From: Octopus vulgaris
Taxonomy: Eukaryota
Length of the DNA stretch: 64,000 nucleotides
Assembly: GCA_951406725.2 (NCBI GenBank)
Contig: OX597832.1
Location: 20,460,001-20,524,000, forward strand
Direction of reading: 5' to 3'
Under the pieces are notes generated by a model, which saw only the letters and a program-made list of their open reading frames with translations, ran no database searches and was not told where the DNA came from. The translations under genes were made by a program, and so were the position numbers. Below are positions 58,400 through 64,000 of the stretch, one piece after another. Within the stretch, counting starts at the first letter, position 1; the number at the start of each line of letters is the position of its first letter.

Positions 58400-59007
58400 A
58401 ATATTAATGACAATAATGATAATGATGATAAAAATAAGCTAAATATTCATAAACAACGTATAAAACAAAACATTAAAATAATATGAAAAACGACCGTTCC
58501 AAAATTTATCCAAGCGGTGAACAAACTTCATTCTCCGTTGGCCCTATTGTATTTTGGAAGGCATGGGACTCCATTTTTAATATAATGTTTGAAGCGTTAT
58601 ATTTCATACATAAAGGTCAAAAAATACCCTTTGTCTCCTCAATTCTCCAACCTCCTGTTTGCCTTATATTTTGCATTTGTTTTATTTATATTTTCATTGG
58701 CATGTTTGTATATATATGTTTATTTCTATGTTTGTTTGTGTGTTTGTTTGTTTGTTTCGTCTGTTTCTCTCATTCATGTTCCGTCTTTTCAAGATCAGAA
58801 ACCGTATCTTATTCCTTATTGTATGTATGTATGCATGCATGTATATAAAACCGTATGCGTGTGCATATATATGCATGTGTCCGTTTATGAGTGTGCATTT
58901 GAATACGTGTGATAGTGTATATTACATGTCTGCTGGAAATTTGCCCCTCTATTTTATATATAAACAGATAGATAGAATGATAGATAGATACATAGATAGA
59001 TAGATAT

Positions 59008-59081
<74 letters not shown>

Positions 59082-59406
59082 CACATTTATATGTATATCC
59101 AGCCAACGTATATGTAAGTATATTTACGTAGAAACATTTATGAGTGCGTGTATGTGAATTTGTGTTTATGGGTGTGCATATGTGAAAGTGTCTGTTCGTA
59201 TATGTGTGCTCGTCATGTTCATATATTTAAACGGTTTGTGGACATTGATAAAAAGGTCACAGGCGGAAAGTAGAAAAGCGCAAGTGTTATTATTATGCCT
59301 CATAATTTGACGATATAGAAAGATAGATAGATCGATAGATACATACATACACACATACATACATGCATAGATATTCAAATTCAGAGACGTATAAACATAT
59401 ACGCAT

Positions 59407-59455
<49 letters not shown>

Positions 59456-59474
59456 CAGACAGAGATTGACAGAC

Positions 59475-59585
<111 letters not shown>

Positions 59586-60943
59586 AATACATAGACATAC
59601 ATATAGGTATGCATGTGCATATACATGCATGTTAGCGTGTGCGAATGTGTGTGAATATATACTTGTATGCGTCAGAGCATATGTGTTTGCATATGTGTAT
59701 GTACTAACGTGTGTATATATTTGTGTATATGAGTGCTTATAGGTTTGACTAGGTAATTATTATTTCCGAACAGCAGACAAAATCTTTCCTCACTAACTTA
59801 AATAGTCTCTTGCGTAATTTGTACCTTAAACATCAATTAGTCGCAAGCAGCGTTGTGGTCAAGATCGCCTCACATGCACACAGTATCGGGTTTGATCGTA
59901 TTTTCTTCACCTTTCCTTGATCATCTAACTCCTAAAACGGCTTCAAGTGGAACAATCACTTAAAAGACGAAACTGCACTGTACCACGCTTTACTTCCGTT
60001 CACTGAGTGACCCTGGTCTTTAAAAGTCAGAAGCTGAATTAGCAGGGTTTTTGCTGAATGAGGTCCCAAGTCTATGGAGGTCTTCACCGGTTCAAATTAG
60101 ATGCGAAATTCACACACAGATTGCGCAAAATCGAAAGAACTAAACGCGTTATCTCATACCACGTATTAACATTGTGTCCAATCTCTGCACTGCGAAGCTG
60201 TTTTATTTTATTCAAATTTAAAGAATGAAAACAAAGGTGACAAAGATAGTAATTGAACTTAGGTGCCAGAGAGTTGGAACAATTGTCGCATCGCATTCTA
60301 TCCGATAATGTAACAATTTCTCCATTTGGACGCCATTCCTCGTTCATATTCGTGTTCCTATGCATGTATATACACATACGCAGAGACACATAGAGACCCA
60401 GAACCCACCACACACACACACTCACTCACACACACGCATATACAAATTATGGGGGTTTAGTTCACAGGTGATCTAAATGACTGGGTACCCTAGGTAAGTG
60501 CTGTAACGGATTATTAGGGCTCCAAAGTCATAGCCGAGATTGTAGTTATGGAAACATTGTAGATTTCCGATATAGCGGACATATAATTATTAGAGAGGAC
60601 AACAAACGTTACGGCAAGACAAACATCTTAAGTCATATACGTTATTATTATTGGAAAACATTCAAAGTCTTACAGCTGTTTCTGAGATATCCCAGAATAT
60701 GGGATAATCTGTCATCGGAGACAAATACGGAAAAGAAAGGTGTAGATTAATGAAATGACGATTCAGAGGACAGGAGAAAAGAAATAAGGAGAAGAAGAAA
60801 AAAAGAAAAAAAGATACATAAAAGTTCGACTTTCTGATCGTGTAAAAGTAAGTCCGTAAGTCCTTAGGTACAGACCTGTGTATATCCATGTAGAATACCA
60901 GGGGCACCTACTATTCTCTTTGAAAGCCTTCCATAACATTAAA

Positions 60944-61106
60944 AATATTTCGTCTGTCTTTATGTTCTAAGTTCGAAATCCTCCGCGGTCGACTTTGTAT
61001 TTCATTCTTTCGTGCTCGATAAATTAAGTACCAGTTGCGTACTGGGGTTGGTCTAATCGACTGGATCTCTTCTCCTAAATTTTGGGCCTTGTGGCTAAAG
61101 TAGAAA
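60944..61106 (+). mobile_element. SINE family B, 3' monomer
   Basis: tatttcgtctgtcttta...gataaattaagtaccagttgcgtactgggg...gggccttgtg. Confidence 0.8.
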
Positions 61107-61127
61107 TCAATACCACTCGATCAAAAT

Positions 61128-61528
61128 GGCGGCGCGCTGTCAGAAATGTTAGCATGCCGGGCGAAATGCTGAGTGGTATTTCGTCTGTCTAAATGTTCTG
61201 AGTTCAAATTCCGGCGAGGTGGACTTTGTCTTTCATCCTTTCGGGATCGATTAAATAAGTACCAATTACGCACTGGGGTCGATATAATTGACTTTATCCG
61301 TTTGGATGTCCTTGTTTGTCCTCTCTGTGTTTAGCCACTTGTGTGTAGTAAAGAAATAGGTATTTCGTCTGCCGCTACGTTCTGAGTTCAAATGCCACCG
61401 AGGTCGACTTTGCCTTTCATCCTTTCGGTGTCGAGAAATTAAGTAACAATTGCGTATTGTGGTCGATCTAATCGACTGGGCCCCTCCCCCAAAATTTCGG
61501 GCCTTGTGCCTAGAGTAAGAAAGAAAAG
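61128..61528 (+). mobile_element. SINE family B, full dimeric form with 19-bp target-site duplication
   Basis: aataccactcgatcaaaat at 61109-61127 and 61529-61547. Confidence 0.92.
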
Positions 61529-61679
61529 AATACCACTCGATCAAAATCTTCAGGTGTTTTACCATCAACGCCGCCACGTTGCCATTAACAACACAATGAG
61601 GATCTTCAGTGCCCTTTTAGTGACCAATGTCTTCAACAGCTTGATTATGACCGCAGCCACCGCGTGCATTAACGCCACT

Positions 61680-63203
61680 ACGACTGCAGCCAATTCCACC
61701 ATATATCCATCAGTAACACCACCATCATCACCAAGACAACCGCCGCCACCGCCAACAACGCGAACACCACCACCACTATCCCATAATTACAACCACCACC
61801 ACAACTACAAGCACCCCCACCAACAACAACAACTACACAACCACAAGCAACACGACCACCAACAGAGCGCCCACCACAGCCAACACTAGTACCATTACCA
61901 CTACTATTACCATCACAAATACCACCACACTCATTACCACCATTCCTAACACGACCACCACCACAAGCAACGGCATGGTCAACAGTACTACCACCATGAC
62001 CACCACCACCACCACCGCCATTACCAACACAAGTACTACCACCCTCATTGCCACCATCCCTAACACGACCACCACCACAAGCAACAGCATAGCCAACAGT
62101 ACTACTACCACCACCACAACCACCACCACCATCACCATCACCACCATCACCACCATTACCAACACATGTACCACCACCCTCGTTGCCACCATTCCTAACA
62201 CGACCACCACCACAAGCAACAGCATGGCCAACAGTACTACCACCACCACCATCACCTCCCCTCCACCACCTCATCCTCATCATCATCATCACCAGCACCA
62301 TCATCATCATCAGCATCACCATCATTACTATATCGTTTCGCCATCATCATCGTCAACACAAGTACCACCACCTTCATTGCCACCATTGCCACCACCACAA
62401 GCAACGGCATGGTCAACAGTACTACCACCACCACCACCACCATCCTGACAAGGAAAACAGTCATCACTTCAGCCACCACGGCCACCACCCCTAACACCAC
62501 TACTACCACAAGCAACAGCACTACCTCCACCACTACCACCACCATCCTGACAACCATAACAGCCATCACCACTACCACCACTGCTACCACCACTGCTACC
62601 ACCTCTACTCTTACCACAACCATTGGTAGGGTTCACCAAGACCAACGTCCACCCGTACGAAGTCCATCCGCAATATCAATAAAAACCAAAAGCGTGACTT
62701 GTTTTGGACATCAGAGTAGAAAAAGGATCGCCACCGTGAAAACGCATTACAATCACCGCCAGTAATACTAATGCCACCATCATCACCACCATCAACGCCA
62801 CCCTCACCCTCATCGTCATCGTTATCAAATTCAACGTTTTAATCATCCTCTCCTCACCCCTCATCATCATCATCATCACCGCCATCATTATCGTCGTCGT
62901 CGTCGTCGTCATAACATGACCACCACTCCGTCATCATCGTCGACGTCCTCATCAACATCGTCATCACCATCGGCATCAACATCACCACTACCACCACCAC
63001 CACCATAATCATCGTTACCACCACCACCACCATCATCGTCGTCGTCGTCGTCGTCATCATCACCACGAACACGACTCCACCATAATCATCATAATTGTCC
63101 TCATCATTGCCATCATCATCACCATCAGAGCCATCATCATCATCATCATCATCATCGCCATCATCACCTCCAACACCACCACTACCACCACCGCTACCAC
63201 CAC

Positions 63204-63236
<33 letters not shown>

Positions 63237-63548
63237 AAGTATGAATGATTTAATCATCTTAATCTGCCTCGGCGTCATCCAAGATATAACCATCGAAAGC
63301 AGCTACCATCAACATCATCATCATCATCTTCACCATCATTATCACAATCACCTGCCCATCATCATCATCATCGTCGTCGTCATAGTTATCAAAGTTATTA
63401 TCACCACCATTAAATGCTAGCAACCAACTGACCGCTATACTCTCATCATCACCATCATCATCACCACCATCATCATCATCCCCATCATCAATATCACCAT
63501 CATCATCATCACCGTCATCATCATTATCATTACAATCCTCAATTTCGC

Positions 63549-63616
<68 letters not shown>

Positions 63617-64000
63617 CTGTCATCGTCGTTATTAAAGTTATTATCACCACCATCAAATGCAAGCAACAAAGTGACTGCCATCCACCTCCACCTCTACCTC
63701 CTCACCCTCCTCATCATTATCTTCATCATCATCACCACCATCATTCTCACCATCATCATCTTCATCATCATGTTCATCATTATCACCACCACCACCACCA
63801 CCACCACCACCACATCGTCATCATCGCCATCGTCGTCGCTATCGGCGTCAGCGCCATCTTCGTCATCCTTATCAAAGTTATCATCATCAAAAGCGACAAA
63901 AGGACCACCGCCGCCATTAACACCAACCTCATAAACAACATCAATTAGAACTACAAAAGGAAGCAATTCACACATATTAATATCATGGTCACCCGACAAA
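61680..64000. repeat. Cryptic (ACC/ATC)n field with higher-order duplicated blocks
   Basis: cat(t/c)cctaacacgaccaccaccacaagcaac recurs at ~61941, 62055 and 62190; ttatcaaagttat block at ~63386, 63628 and 63868. Confidence 0.9.

Noticed and set aside
61506-62765. Thr-rich and His-rich ORFs with repeated blocks
   Set aside because: Cryptic trinucleotide DNA with local duplications, open in nearly all frames; coding status unsupported

Overview
AT-rich eukaryotic non-coding DNA with a very high density of microsatellites and SINEs. The repeat families suggest an Octopus (cephalopod) genome; this is an inference, not verified. No intact protein-coding gene is visible, and nearly all ORFs in the supplied track are translations of di-, tri- or tetranucleotide repeats. 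Recognisable content: four tRNA-derived SINE families (about 30 copies, three with clean target-site duplications), a decayed Tc1/mariner transposase, three R4/Dong-like (RLE) LINE fragments, a non-autonomous Helitron, a Helentron/DINE-like element, a foldback element and two minisatellite-type duplications. The main discovery is a set of type I hammerhead ribozyme (HHR) motifs in several distinct small non-coding elements, most of them sitting in (TA)n tracts. The best is a 362-bp tandem array with an inverted arm at 41819-42978. Its two HHRs carry a compensatory U3-A8 core pair, and the inverted arm starts 2 nt from the predicted cleavage site, as expected of a retrozyme or non-autonomous Penelope-like element that could make a 362-nt circular RNA. 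Separately, several unique-sequence islands carry minus-strand splice signals around 3-50 nt candidate micro-exons and a possible terminal exon, so much of the window may be intronic in one long gene (tentative).
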